From an uncultured bacterium (lineage in GTDB: Bacteria > Fermentibacterota > Fermentibacteria > Fermentibacterales > JCC-6), in the NCBI GenBank assembly GCA_964423505.1, contig CAYREX010000001.1, forward strand, positions 100,861 to 164,860: DNA of 64,000 bases, read 5' to 3'. Position numbers and translations under genes: made by a program. Every line of letters begins with the position of its first letter. The stretch's first letter is position 1. Of this stretch, positions 20,601-30,469 are shown in pieces. The notes under the pieces were generated by a model. It was not told the origin of the DNA, made no database searches, and saw nothing but the letters and a program-made list of their open reading frames with translations.

Positions 20601-21476
20601 TTACGGCCCTTCCGGAGAGGACCGCGCCCCGCCCCCCCGCGCACTGCCGGCCTCGCCCCCCGTCGATGCCGCATCCTGCTCGTGCATTCGCATGACCCTC
20701 CTGGTGGGGATCGGCCTTGGCGGCGGCTGGAGCGGGCGGCTGAGCAGGTAGGCCGCTCCGAAGACCACCGGCAGGTGCACGAAGTAGACCAGAAGCGCGT
20801 GCCTGCCCAGGAGGAGCAGCGGGGCCGCGGCCTTCACTGCAGGGCTTCCCATCCCGACCCGGCCGGACCTCCTGAGCATCTGTCCGAGGAACAGCCCGAC
20901 GAGGACCACGCCTATCCAGGGGAAGACCGGGTAGAGGTCCAGCGTCCTCACCGGGTGCCCGAGCCCCAGCCAGACCAGCAGGGGCGTGCCCACCCGGACA
21001 TCTTTCATGACCACCCCCAGGAGGATGGCCAGGAGGCCCAGGCCCAGGTTGAGCCAGGTATAGCGGGTGAGCGGCGCCGCGATGACCACTGCCAGGCCTA
21101 TGAAGTGAAGGATGCCGAAGAAGACGAAGCTCTCCCTCCTGAAGAGCAGCGAGCCGAGGGTGATGACCATGCCCAGACCGAATATCCGCAGCCCCCGGAG
21201 CAGGCATCTGCGGCTGAAGGCCGCCGAGGTCGAACCTCTGCTCCTCGAAAGGACGAGGCTGACCCCGACAAGCAGGATGAAGAGACCGGCGGTAGCGTGC
21301 CTGAACAGCTCCCAGAATCCGTCGAAGGGCCCCTTCCAGTCCACGCCGAAGTAGGACATGTCCCACTGGAGGTGGAAGACCACCATCATGAGGATTGCCA
21401 CCCCGCGCAGCAGGTCGACCAGGGCCACCCTCCTGCCGGCGGGGGCGTAGAGGGGCGTTTTCGCCCTCCTAGCCAA
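20601..21476 (-). CDS. DUF1624/acyltransferase-3-like polytopic membrane protein
   Basis: N-terminal VDLLRGVAILMMVVFH motif; at least 8 predicted TM helices. Confidence 0.55.
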   Translation of the reverse strand: MARRAKTPLYAPAGRRVALVDLLRGVAILMMVVFHLQWDMSYFGVDWKGPFDGFWELFRHATAGLFILLVGVSLVLSRSRGSTSAAFSRRCLLRGLRIFGLGMVITLGSLLFRRESFVFFGILHFIGLAVVIAAPLTRYTWLNLGLGLLAILLGVVMKDVRVGTPLLVWLGLGHPVRTLDLYPVFPWIGVVLVGLFLGQMLRRSGRVGMGSPAVKAAAPLLLLGRHALLVYFVHLPVVFGAAYLLSRPLQPPPRPIPTRRVMRMHEQDAASTGGEAGSARGGGARSSPEGP

Positions 21477-21491
21477 CGGACGCCTCCCCGG

Positions 21492-22376
21492 TCATGCCCT
21501 CCCGCTGACTACGGCGACGTCCTCGAACAACAGGTGTATGAACGGCTGGACCCTCCCGTTCTCCATCACGTACCCGCTGGGCAGCGGGCTCTCCACCGGG
21601 CCGTCGGGCGTGACCTCAACGTCCGGGAGCAGCAGGTGGAAGTGCATGTCGTCATGGTCTACCCCCTCGTCGAAGACCAGCTGGTAGTCCTCGTCCCTCA
21701 CGTCCGCCGTGAGCATGCCGTGCACGAGCCGGTTAGACGTAACCAGGCTGTCATCCACGCTGAGCTCCGCCACGCCCCAGAAGGTGATGTAGGTTGGTAC
21801 CCTGGGCATCAGCTTCGAGCCTATCCCGGTGCCTCCATGCATTATAACGTTGGTAGCGACCCCTCCGAAGAAAGGGTGGTCCGGTCCAACCGGGACCAGG
21901 TACAGCAGAGTGACGGAGCGTTCCAGGCCGTCCGGGCCGGAGAAGGTCGCGCTGAAGCCGGCTCTGTCCATGCTCTCCACCTCGTCGTTCAGGGTGGCGT
22001 CCGTCACCTCCAGCTCGAACCTCCCGGTCACCTCGGCATATCGGTCCGAGAACGGGGTCGGTCCAGCCGTAGTGGTATACCGGGTGCCGTCTGTGGAGAC
22101 CAGCCTCGCATCCAGGGGAACGCCGACCCCCTCCTCGAAGCCCAGTGGCATATCCGGGGTGCCGAACACGTCCGGGTCCAGACGCCTGGGGCCGGGGAGT
22201 ATCCAGCGGACGTCAGGACCGTCGGATGTAACCGTCAGCCGCACGGGTCCTCCTGCAACCATGCCAGGAGTCGTCTCCCGACCCTCTTCAACCACGACCT
22301 GCGCTGTCGCCGCCGGTACGATGACGACGAACATCGCGGCGAGGATCGCCGATGCCGATGCTGCTCTTCCTCTCAT
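21492..22376 (-). CDS. Secreted hypothetical protein
   Basis: Signal peptide MRGRAASASAILAAMFVVIVPAATAQ; no recognisable family. Confidence 0.45.
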   Translation of the reverse strand: MRGRAASASAILAAMFVVIVPAATAQVVVEEGRETTPGMVAGGPVRLTVTSDGPDVRWILPGPRRLDPDVFGTPDMPLGFEEGVGVPLDARLVSTDGTRYTTTAGPTPFSDRYAEVTGRFELEVTDATLNDEVESMDRAGFSATFSGPDGLERSVTLLYLVPVGPDHPFFGGVATNVIMHGGTGIGSKLMPRVPTYITFWGVAELSVDDSLVTSNRLVHGMLTADVRDEDYQLVFDEGVDHDDMHFHLLLPDVEVTPDGPVESPLPSGYVMENGRVQPFIHLLFEDVAVVSGRA

Positions 22377-22439
22377 CTCTCTCTCTCCTCGCGCTACGGC
22401 CACTGAGACACAAGAGCTTGATTCGAAGCTCACCGGTAG

Positions 22440-22640
22440 CTCGGAGACCTAAGTAAGATTATATATACTCTAATCACATACTAATTAATAATAATGTCTT
22501 ATCTCCACAAGGTCAAGTCGATAGTGGATGGTAGGACCCTTGACGCTCACGACAATCGCCTATTACCATGTACGCTGTCCATTATCGTTAATGCGAGGTA
22601 ATGAAACGCCTCCATGATGACCGAATGACGGGGAGCCTGA
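22440..22640. promoter_or_regulatory. AT-rich divergent intergenic island
   Basis: agattatatatactctaatcacatactaattaataataatgtcttatc and flanking, far below the local 70% GC; lies between divergent genes 21492-22376(-) and 22643-23776(+). Confidence 0.4.
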
Positions 22641-22642
22641 CT

Positions 22643-23776
22643 ATGAGAAACTTCTCCGCAACAGGGCCGGCATTTGCCCTGCTGCTGATCCCGGCGGCTT
22701 CCTCCGCCGCCACAGCGGATTTCCTTCTCTTCCAGGGGCTTGACGGCATAAGCCTGCCCGACGGCTTCGAGATATCCGTCTACAACGAGGGGGTCACCGA
22801 GCCAAGGTCGATGTGCCTTGGAGACCAGGGCACCGTGTTCGTCGGGACCAGGGAGACCGGAGCGGTCTACGCCCTTCGGGACGAGGACGGTATGCCCGGC
22901 GCCGAGAGGACGCTTGTGATTGCCGAGGGTCTGTACATGCCCAACGGGGTCGCCTTCAGGGAGGGCGACCTGTACGTCTCCGAGGTCGACCGGGTACTAC
23001 GGTTCGACGATATCGAGGATAGGCTGGAGGACCCCCCGACGCCGGTGGTCGTCTCGGATGGCTTCCCGGACGAGCGGGCTCACGGTTGGAAGTACATCGC
23101 CTTCGGCCCGGACGACCTGCTCTACGTCCCTGTAGGCGCACCATGCAACGTCTGCGATCCGGAGGACAGGCGCTTTGCCACCATAATGCGGATGGAGCCG
23201 GACGGCAGCAACCTCGAGGTCTACGTGAGGGGGGTCAGGAACACGGTCGGGTTCGACTGGGATCCGGATACGGGGAGGCTCTGGTTCACCGATAACGGCA
23301 GAGACCGAATGGGAGACGACGTCCCCCCGGACGAGCTGAACCGCGTGGAGACCGGCGGCGAACACTTCGGTTTCCCGTACGTCCACGGGATCGACCTGCC
23401 GGACCCTCAGTTCGGGGGGGAGGAGGAGGTGACCGTCCCTCTGACCCCACCGGTTGCGGAGCTGGGGCCCCACGTAGCCGCCCTTGGGATGGTCTTCTAT
23501 ACGGGAGAGTCGTTCCCGGAGGAGTACTGGGGACAGGTCCTCATAGCCGAGCACGGCTCCTGGAACAGGAGCGAGCCCATCGGCTACCGCGTGACCATGG
23601 TAAGGCTCCGTGACGGGGACCCGGTCTCCTACGAGGTGTTCGCCGAGGGATGGCTGACGGAAGAGGGGGCCTTCGGCAGGCCCGTCGACCTCCTGGTGCT
23701 CCGGGACGGCTCTCTGCTCGTCTCGGACGACCGTGCCGACAGGATATACAGGATTACTTACTCCGGCGGATCCTGA
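22643..23776 (+). CDS. PQQ-dependent sugar dehydrogenase (soluble glucose/sorbosone dehydrogenase family) beta-propeller
   Basis: Signal peptide MRNFSATGPAFALLLIPAASSAATA; GWKYIAFGPDDLLYV, HGSW...GFDWDP motifs of SGDH family. Confidence 0.75.
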   Translation: MRNFSATGPAFALLLIPAASSAATADFLLFQGLDGISLPDGFEISVYNEGVTEPRSMCLGDQGTVFVGTRETGAVYALRDEDGMPGAERTLVIAEGLYMPNGVAFREGDLYVSEVDRVLRFDDIEDRLEDPPTPVVVSDGFPDERAHGWKYIAFGPDDLLYVPVGAPCNVCDPEDRRFATIMRMEPDGSNLEVYVRGVRNTVGFDWDPDTGRLWFTDNGRDRMGDDVPPDELNRVETGGEHFGFPYVHGIDLPDPQFGGEEEVTVPLTPPVAELGPHVAALGMVFYTGESFPEEYWGQVLIAEHGSWNRSEPIGYRVTMVRLRDGDPVSYEVFAEGWLTEEGAFGRPVDLLVLRDGSLLVSDDRADRIYRITYSGGS

Positions 23777-23917
23777 TCTACGAATGACGCCTGCCAAGGC
23801 CGCGCCGGTTGCGCCGAAGGGTGCGGTTCCCCATCGTAAGTCTACAGCTTCTGCCGGACCCGCAGCAGTACACCGAGCTGTCGCCCGGGTTCGGGCGCAG
23901 GGAAAGGAGGCGCAGGT

Positions 23918-24514
23918 ATGAGGTTCGTCGGTATCCTGCTGCTGGCCGCCGCCGCTCTCCCGGGAGCGTTCGCGGACGAGGTGCACAGTTACGACTTCCG
24001 GGAGCTCCCGGAGGGCTGGACCGCCGATCCGGAGTGGTCCTTCGACGCTACCGGCGCTCACGTCGCGGTCTCGGTCAGCTCCGGCGGCCCTCCGGTCTCC
24101 AACAGGGCCGAGATGTCCTCCGGGGACGGCTTCCTGCTGATGCCGGAGGGAACCGACTCGGTGGCGGTGCTCATGGAGTGCTCCCACTCGTTCGACGGGG
24201 GCTACTACTCCGGCGAGGCCTCGGCGATGGTCTACGCAACCGCCATCCTGGACGGGGAGACGCATGCCGTGGTCCTGGAGTACGAGAGCTGGGGCTTCCC
24301 CGGGGACGGCACTGACGCTCTCTACTCCACCTCGTTCGGCGCATCGGAGGGGGACACGCTCTCCTTCGAGCTGTACGCCAGCGCCTCGGCGTACTCCGGC
24401 TGGGCGGAGGCCGCGTGGGACATCGAGTCGATGACCGTCACCGTCTACGGAGCCGCCTCCCTGGCACCCGGCTCGTGGGGGGCCGTCAAGGCCGGCTGGG
24501 GCGAGGAGGGGTGA
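23918..24514 (+). CDS. Secreted hypothetical protein, member D (variant) of the C-terminal TWxxIKxxF family
   Basis: Strong SD AAAGGAGG; signal MRFVGILLLAAAALPGAFA; ends ...VTVYGAASLAPGSWGAVKAGWGEEG. Confidence 0.6.
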   Translation: MRFVGILLLAAAALPGAFADEVHSYDFRELPEGWTADPEWSFDATGAHVAVSVSSGGPPVSNRAEMSSGDGFLLMPEGTDSVAVLMECSHSFDGGYYSGEASAMVYATAILDGETHAVVLEYESWGFPGDGTDALYSTSFGASEGDTLSFELYASASAYSGWAEAAWDIESMTVTVYGAASLAPGSWGAVKAGWGEEG

Positions 24515-24533
24515 GGGCGCGCAGAGGCCCGGG

Positions 24534-25022
24534 CTAGTCCCAGACTCCCACGGTCACGAACCGGAGGTCCTCGGCGCCGCACCCGGGGCAGGTGAACGTT
24601 GCGGAGACGGGGTCCGGGACCAGCAGCAGTGTGTCTCCCGGGCATCCCGCTTCATCCTGCAGGTACACCCAGAAGGAGAGCCCGTCCCCCTCGGCCGGCG
24701 TCAGAAGCGAGTCAGGCTCGAAGGTCGACATGGCCTCGATGATCGCCTCGCGGTGCTCCCCGGAGGGAGGTCCCGCCTCGGTGTCCCCGTCTCCGCATCC
24801 CCGCTCCGCCGCGGTCCTCTCCACCAGGTCGAAGAGGACCGTACAGGGCAGGCCGGAGGCGGAGGCTTCGTAGACCTCCCTGACGTATCCCGGCATCCTG
24901 CCCACCCCGTGGAAGACCTCTTCCGTGGTGTGACCGCATATGCCGCAGCTTCCCACCAGGACATCGCCCGCCAGCAGCGGCATGGCCAGCAGCAGGGGCA
25001 TCACTGTCGAACTGAGCCTCAT
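24534..25022 (-). CDS. Small secreted Cys-rich hypothetical protein
   Basis: SD GGAGGAG; signal MRLSSTVMPLLLAMPLLAG; 9 Cys including SCGICGH and TCPGCG. Confidence 0.5.
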   Translation of the reverse strand: MRLSSTVMPLLLAMPLLAGDVLVGSCGICGHTTEEVFHGVGRMPGYVREVYEASASGLPCTVLFDLVERTAAERGCGDGDTEAGPPSGEHREAIIEAMSTFEPDSLLTPAEGDGLSFWVYLQDEAGCPGDTLLLVPDPVSATFTCPGCGAEDLRFVTVGVWD

Positions 25023-25118
25023 CTCTCCTCCATTCCGGTGCGCCTCTGCGGAAGCGCGGGGGAGGCGCATCGACCGGCGTCGCGATGACAGCCCTTGTGG
25101 TTCCCCGCCCGGGAGGCG

Positions 25119-26702
25119 TCACCAGAGCCCCGGATCCTCCGGCAGGCTGTCGATGACCTCCTCGCGGAGGACGATCCCGTGGCGCTCCTCCAGTCGTTGC
25201 ATCCACTCGGCGGCGGCCTCCTCCGAGAGCCTGTACCTGGCCATCTGCTCCAGGTCTATCCGCGCCTCGTCGAAGGTGGCTTCCCTCTCCGGGACCACCT
25301 CCACGAGCCTGAGGAGCAGGAAGTCGCCGGACTGCTCCATCGGGTAGGGACCGTGCCACGTGAGCGTGTCCTCCGGCGGGATGGCGAAGGCCTCCTCGCC
25401 GGCGCCGGCCGGTACGCTGACCATCCTGAGGGGACCGATGACGCCGGGCGGGACATCCTCGCCGGTCACCCAGTCCAGAGGGTCCAGGGAGGAGACCAGC
25501 CCGGCCGTCTCTCCCTCCGTCCCGCTCTGCTCGAGCTCCTCCAGTCGCTCCCCGGGCAATACGGCGGTATCGAAGTATCGGCGCTCCTCGAAGACAGGCG
25601 GCTCCGGCAGGAGCTCCCACTGCTCCTCGAGGTCCTCCCTCTGGACATCCACCTCGCCGACGCTGTCGGCGTACAGCCGCTCGGCCGCAAGCTGGAGAAC
25701 CCAGCTGTCCCGCTCCTCCTCCAGGGAGTCCAGAGTGGAGGGGGACCATTCGAAGAGGGAGTCGACCAGCACAGTCTGCAGCAGCAGGTTGTCGACCAGG
25801 TAGCCGAGCCAGGTGACCGAGCCGGGCTGGACCGGCATTCGCATGCCCAGGTACTCGGCCTCGTAGTGGAGCTCACCCGCGGCCCAGTCGCCCAGGCCGG
25901 ACGAGAGCGCGACGGCTCCCGGGTCGGGCGGCGGCGAGGGGTAGGCCTCGGCCACCGACTGCAGGACCGTTGTGTCCACCTCTACCCCGAGATCCTCCCT
26001 GACGAGGGAGAGGGTACGCATCCTGAAGGCCTGGTACCTGCTGTGAGCGAGCGCCTCTCTGGCCTCCTGGATGACCATGGCGGTATCCGGGACCATTGCA
26101 TCTCCCGGGCCCGCGGGGCTCGTGGTCAGGGAGTCGAGCCTGACCGTGGCCCCGGAGCTGTCAGGGGCCGACTGGCCCGGCTCCAGCGAGTCGAGGAGGG
26201 CGGCCCGTCCCTCCGGTATCTGTGCCCTGTTCACGGGGCCGAACCTGCCCTCGTAGGCGGTGCCCGGCCTCACGGTGAACCAGTAACCGGTGCCCAGGCT
26301 GCCCAGGTACTCCTCCAGGTCCTCGTCGGTGACCGCCTCGGACAGGCGCTCGACCATCATGACCGCGGCCGCGTCCGCAGCCGTGCTCCTCAGCCTCGCA
26401 GCCGATAGGGCCTCGATTTCCGGAGCATCCAGATAGCCGGCCTGCTGCAGCTCACGCTCGACCACGGTCCTCCTCGCCAGCGAGAGCACGAGGCTCCTCG
26501 CAGGGTCCGGCGAGCCCAGGAAGACCTGCCTCTCCTCCCCGGTGAGGCCTGCCCATGCTTCCGCCGCATCGCCTGCGCGCACGGTGTCCCCCGCGGCAAC
26601 GGCCAGCCAGGGGTCGACCGGGGCTTCGGGGGCGGAGCAGGAGCAGAGGAGCAGGGTCGAGATGAGCGCGGATGCCGCTGTCGGGACTGATGCTCTGGTC
26701 AT
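25119..26702 (-). CDS. Lipoprotein, possibly SurA/PpiC-like periplasmic chaperone (tentative)
   Basis: Lipobox LLLCSCS; C-terminal TWHGPYPMEQSGDFLLLRLVEV resembles the end of a parvulin domain; otherwise unassigned. Confidence 0.45.
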   Translation of the reverse strand: MTRASVPTAASALISTLLLCSCSAPEAPVDPWLAVAAGDTVRAGDAAEAWAGLTGEERQVFLGSPDPARSLVLSLARRTVVERELQQAGYLDAPEIEALSAARLRSTAADAAAVMMVERLSEAVTDEDLEEYLGSLGTGYWFTVRPGTAYEGRFGPVNRAQIPEGRAALLDSLEPGQSAPDSSGATVRLDSLTTSPAGPGDAMVPDTAMVIQEAREALAHSRYQAFRMRTLSLVREDLGVEVDTTVLQSVAEAYPSPPPDPGAVALSSGLGDWAAGELHYEAEYLGMRMPVQPGSVTWLGYLVDNLLLQTVLVDSLFEWSPSTLDSLEEERDSWVLQLAAERLYADSVGEVDVQREDLEEQWELLPEPPVFEERRYFDTAVLPGERLEELEQSGTEGETAGLVSSLDPLDWVTGEDVPPGVIGPLRMVSVPAGAGEEAFAIPPEDTLTWHGPYPMEQSGDFLLLRLVEVVPEREATFDEARIDLEQMARYRLSEEAAAEWMQRLEERHGIVLREEVIDSLPEDPGLW

Positions 26703-26801
26703 GGTGCCTCCTGCCGGCCGGTCGGCTTCTCGCCCGACCGCGCCGCGGAAAAAAGGAAGGGGCCGTTGCCGGCCCCTTCCGCAGTCGGTCTCCGAATGAC
26801 C

Positions 26802-27452
26802 CTAGAAGAGGGTCTTGATGGAGCCCCAGGTGCCCCTGTCGAGAGGGGTGAGCGATCCGTACAGGATGCGGAACATGTCGCTGGGGGCGTAGCCCTGGGA
26901 GGACCACGTAACCCAGCCGGAGTTGTAGAGGTAGCACTCCTGGCCCCTGACGGTGGTCCCGGCCAGGAAGTACCAGGTGTCGGCGCTCTGCCTCTGTACG
27001 GTTATCCAGTAGGTGGTGCCGACGTCTGCGCTGATGGGCGTGCCCGGGGTGCAGTCCGACTCGTACACGGTGTACGAGCCGAAGCTGATGCCGGTGGCGG
27101 TGTTGACTACCGTGGAGGTCACGTCCTCCATCTCGGTGCCCGGACCCGAGCCGGTGTCCTGGTAGAGGAGCGTGCTGCAGGACGTGGGCATGGAGGCGGC
27201 TGTAGTGAGTGTCCAGTAGGTGAGCTCCTGTACCTCTGCGTCGGTGGAGAGCGTCATGTCGTCGGCGGTGACGTAGTCGCCGAAGCTGGCGAACGCGGTG
27301 TCGAGGGCGTCGCCTGCGTCGTATGCGTAGCTGTCGATGTTGTCGTCGGAGCTGGGGTATCCGTAGCTCCCGCTTATCTCGCCGCTTATCGCGGGAGCGC
27401 TGGCGAGAGCCGCCCCGGCAGCAACTACGAGAACCAGAAAGAGAGTCCTCAT
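26802..27452 (-). CDS. Secreted hypothetical protein, member B of the C-terminal TWxxIKxxF family
   Basis: ATG at 27452 with AAGGA SD; signal MRTLFLVLVVAAGAALASA; ends ...ILYGSLTPLDRGTWGSIKTLF-COOH. Confidence 0.6.
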   Translation of the reverse strand: MRTLFLVLVVAAGAALASAPAISGEISGSYGYPSSDDNIDSYAYDAGDALDTAFASFGDYVTADDMTLSTDAEVQELTYWTLTTAASMPTSCSTLLYQDTGSGPGTEMEDVTSTVVNTATGISFGSYTVYESDCTPGTPISADVGTTYWITVQRQSADTWYFLAGTTVRGQECYLYNSGWVTWSSQGYAPSDMFRILYGSLTPLDRGTWGSIKTLF

Positions 27453-27535
27453 CTTCGTCCTTTCCGTCAGGGTAATCCGGTCCATGCTAGAACGTGCTTT
27501 ATACTCGCACGCCCTCGCCTGGTCAATGGGCAGAG

Positions 27536-27557
27536 AACCTCCCCGTGCGGGGAGGTT
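27536..27557 (-). terminator. Hairpin CCTCCCCG-ca-CGGGGAGG downstream of RRM gene
   Basis: 8-bp GC stem 18 nt after the TAA stop; weak U-tract, so low confidence. Confidence 0.3.
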
Positions 27558-27574
27558 CCAACGGCGGTCAGACG

Positions 27575-27820
27575 TTAGCGGGAGTGGGCGGAGTCCACCC
27601 TGATGGTCCTGCCGTCCAGCTCGGCGCCGTTCATCTCCTCCATGGCCCGCCGCGCCTCTTCCTCGTTCGAGAAGGTGACGAAGCCGAAACCTCTCGACCG
27701 GCCGGTGTCCCGGTCGGTTATCACTTTCGCCTCGGTGACGGTACCGTAAGGGGAGAAGGCATCGAAGAGCCCCTTGTCGTCTGTCGCCCATGCGATTCCA
27801 CCTACAAATAGCTTGCTCAA
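27575..27820 (-). CDS. RNA-binding protein with single RRM domain
   Basis: RNP-2 LFVGGI and RNP-1 RGFGFVTF; apparent TTG start preceded by GGAGCG. Confidence 0.8.
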   Translation of the reverse strand: MSKLFVGGIAWATDDKGLFDAFSPYGTVTEAKVITDRDTGRSRGFGFVTFSNEEEARRAMEEMNGAELDGRTIRVDSAHSR

Positions 27821-28019
27821 GACTCGCTCCGTTCCTATGGGGCCGTTGCCCCACGCTCTCCGGGTCCATCCCGGTTCTCGGCGCTCCCGCCGCAGGTCCG
27901 GCCAACAGGGCCGGTCGTAACTGGATTAGGCTGCAACTGACCGGGCGTGCTCTTGATGGAGGGCAGCAACCTGTGCAGTAGCCGTAATCGGGCAGATTAT
28001 ACCCACTACGGGATTCGGG

Positions 28020-28859
28020 TCAAGGAGTCGTCTGACAGTCCTCCTCCCCGCCGGGCGGAGGGCCGATTAGCTGCAGCGCCCTCTCGTATATCAGCTTGTC
28101 CGGACGGCACAGCTCTTCTATGCGCTCCATCTGCTCCGGCGTGACCTCCCTCTTCCCGTAGGACCTCCCCCTGGGATTCCGATTCACGTGCGGTATCAGC
28201 AGCCTGCAGCCGTAGGTCTCCCTGAAGCGCTCCGCGAGCAGGTCCAGCCGTTCCAGGACAGAGACTATCCTGAACCGGTCGAGAGCCTCCAGGGATCTCT
28301 CCATGACGGCATCCGTGACCTCCGCCCCGAAGGGGAGCAGCCCCGGCGCCAGGAAGTGACAGTAGGCCCGTCCGTACCATTCGGCCCTGGGGGTCTCGAG
28401 GAAGTCATCCAGCTCCATGTCGGTCCTGAAGTGGTCGCCCGGCTTGTACCGGTTGAAGAAGTAGTTCGAGAGCCACCTCCGGACCGGGTCCCTGAGAAGG
28501 AGCAGGAAGTCCCATTCATCCGAGAACCCGTCCAGTACCTCCTTCCGGACCGGGCAGTGCCCGGAGACGAACCTGGCCCCGGCGCTGGCCAGATTGTAGG
28601 CGAGCATGTCCGCCCTGAAGGCTCCGTAGTCCCTGCCGAGGACCTCTGAGGCCCTGGCTGCGGCGATGTGGTCGTGATGACGCCCAGCCGGATAGAAGGG
28701 AAGCTGTACCTTCGGTCCCATGGCCGTCCTCAGGGCTATTGTCAGGGAGCTGCCCCCGCATTTCGGCACGTGCACGAAGGCTATCCTGGCATCCCCGCGG
28801 ACGTAGCCGCCGGAGGCTAGCTGCCGAATGTTGCGTCGCAGAAAGGCCGTCAGTCCCAT
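28020..28859 (-). CDS. Sulfotransferase family protein
   Basis: 5'-PSB loop HVPKCGGSS and 3'-PB motif RDPVRRWLSNYF; SD AAGGGGG. Confidence 0.75.
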   Translation of the reverse strand: MGLTAFLRRNIRQLASGGYVRGDARIAFVHVPKCGGSSLTIALRTAMGPKVQLPFYPAGRHHDHIAAARASEVLGRDYGAFRADMLAYNLASAGARFVSGHCPVRKEVLDGFSDEWDFLLLLRDPVRRWLSNYFFNRYKPGDHFRTDMELDDFLETPRAEWYGRAYCHFLAPGLLPFGAEVTDAVMERSLEALDRFRIVSVLERLDLLAERFRETYGCRLLIPHVNRNPRGRSYGKREVTPEQMERIEELCRPDKLIYERALQLIGPPPGGEEDCQTTP

Positions 28860-28908
28860 CGATCCCCCTTCTTCGGTCTGCGGATGGCGCGGGTACTCCT
28901 CAACTCAC

Positions 28909-30216
28909 TCAGATGTAACCCAGGTCCCTGAGCGCCGGCGCAACATCGATGTCCGACATGACCGGCTCGTACCTCCTGGGCGTTAGCCAGTAGCTCTCCA
29001 GGCGGGCCTGCAGCGCCGAGTCGGGGTCCAGGGGCTCCAGCTCCTCAGGATCCCTGTCAAGCCTGTACATCACGGTGCTGTCCGTGGCCGGGACCCAGAC
29101 GACCTTCCGATGGCCGACCCGCATTGAGGCCATCTGGAAGGGGGGGCCCGTGTTGACGCCGCTGGCGGGGAGCGCTCTCTCATTCGCCGGTGGACCGGAA
29201 AGGAGGTCCCGTCCCGCCAGATCCGGGGGCGGCTCCGTACCGGCGGCGGCGAGCATCGTGGGGAGGATGTCCAGCTGGGAGGCGATCCAGTCAGGCTCGT
29301 ATCCCTCGTGGACGCCGGGTCCGGAGAGGATGACGGGAACCCTGGTAATCTCCTGGAACATCGTCCTGCCATGCTCGACGTAGCCGTGCTCCAGGAACTC
29401 CTCGCCGTGGTCGGCGGTGACTATCACGAGCGTGGCGTCCTGGATGCCCTGCCTGCGGAGCTCCGCCCAGAGGCGGGAGAGCTGGCTGTCGGTCCAGGCT
29501 ATCTCCCCGTCGTAGAGGTCCACCATCCTGTCCCTCAGCGTTGTGTCGGCCACCGCACCCTCCGGAGTGAAGGTCCAGCTCACCGGCCCGTCGTCGCTCC
29601 CGGCGAAGAGCGTATCGTAGGGCGGCGGCGGATCGTACGGGGAGTGCGGGTCGAACAGGTGCATCACCAGCAGGAAGGGCTCACCCCCGCCCGGACGGGT
29701 CCTGAGCCAGTCTATGGCCGTGTCGACGGTCTCCCCCGCCATACCGTGTCCCTGGTCGTTGCATGCGTAACGATCGAACCCCCGGTGGAAGCCCATGCTC
29801 TCGCTCAGGAGCATCACGTTGAAGAGGCCCATGGTGCTGTAGCCGTCGCCGCCCAGGACGGCTGCCGCCGTCGGCATCTCGGACGACGGCATCCAGAGCG
29901 TGCGGTCCTGGACGTCGAGCCTGGCACCGTGGCCCCTGGGGGTCAGGCCGGAGAGCATGGTGGTCACTGCCGGGAGAGTCCAGGAGGACTGGGCCTTGGT
30001 CCTCGACCACATTGCGCCGGCGGCAGCGAGGCTGTCCAGCCCCGGGGAGGTGTCCCTCGGATAACCGTAGCAGCCCATGTGGTCCGCCCTGAGGGTGTCC
30101 ACTATCACCAGCACGATGTTGGGCCTGCCGACCCGGGGGGCCGCGCAGGAGGCGCCCAGGAGCGGTACCAGCAGAAGCGCCCCGAGAACGTTTCTCAGCC
30201 TCGAACGAAGGAGCAT
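28909..30216 (-). CDS. Sulfatase-like hydrolase/transferase (alkaline phosphatase superfamily) with non-canonical nucleophile motif
   Basis: N-terminal PNIVLVIVDTLRADHMGCYGY...PGLDSLAAAGAMW is sulfatase-like, but the expected C/S-x-P-x-R is replaced by SSWTLPAVTTMLSGLTPRGHG (NPP-like T/S-containing segment); lipoprotein-like signal LLGASCAAP. Confidence 0.7.
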   Translation of the reverse strand: MLLRSRLRNVLGALLLVPLLGASCAAPRVGRPNIVLVIVDTLRADHMGCYGYPRDTSPGLDSLAAAGAMWSRTKAQSSWTLPAVTTMLSGLTPRGHGARLDVQDRTLWMPSSEMPTAAAVLGGDGYSTMGLFNVMLLSESMGFHRGFDRYACNDQGHGMAGETVDTAIDWLRTRPGGGEPFLLVMHLFDPHSPYDPPPPYDTLFAGSDDGPVSWTFTPEGAVADTTLRDRMVDLYDGEIAWTDSQLSRLWAELRRQGIQDATLVIVTADHGEEFLEHGYVEHGRTMFQEITRVPVILSGPGVHEGYEPDWIASQLDILPTMLAAAGTEPPPDLAGRDLLSGPPANERALPASGVNTGPPFQMASMRVGHRKVVWVPATDSTVMYRLDRDPEELEPLDPDSALQARLESYWLTPRRYEPVMSDIDVAPALRDLGYI

Positions 30217-30469
30217 CCGTCTCCAGAAGCGATGGTTTGCGCAGGGAGGCCGAGCATGGATGCGGCCGCGACACTGGACGGTGTGACGACGAACCGGTCC
30301 TGCGGGGGACCGCTCACTCTTCCCCACGGGTCGGGGACCGCTCTGAGCGGAGGCCGACCGGATAACGACTCTCGGATACGATAGGACGAGGAGCTGACCT
30401 GGTCAAGCTGCCGGCACCCGACCGTGGTCCGCGGGCACGAGACCGACTGCGTCAGCGCACCACACCATG

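Noticed and set aside
24712-25749. 345-aa minus ORF and 437-aa plus ORF (25095-26408) overlapping the SurA-like lipoprotein gene
   Set aside because: Both are shadow ORFs with Arg/Gly-rich composition. The 25119-26702 frame has a lipobox and coherent composition.
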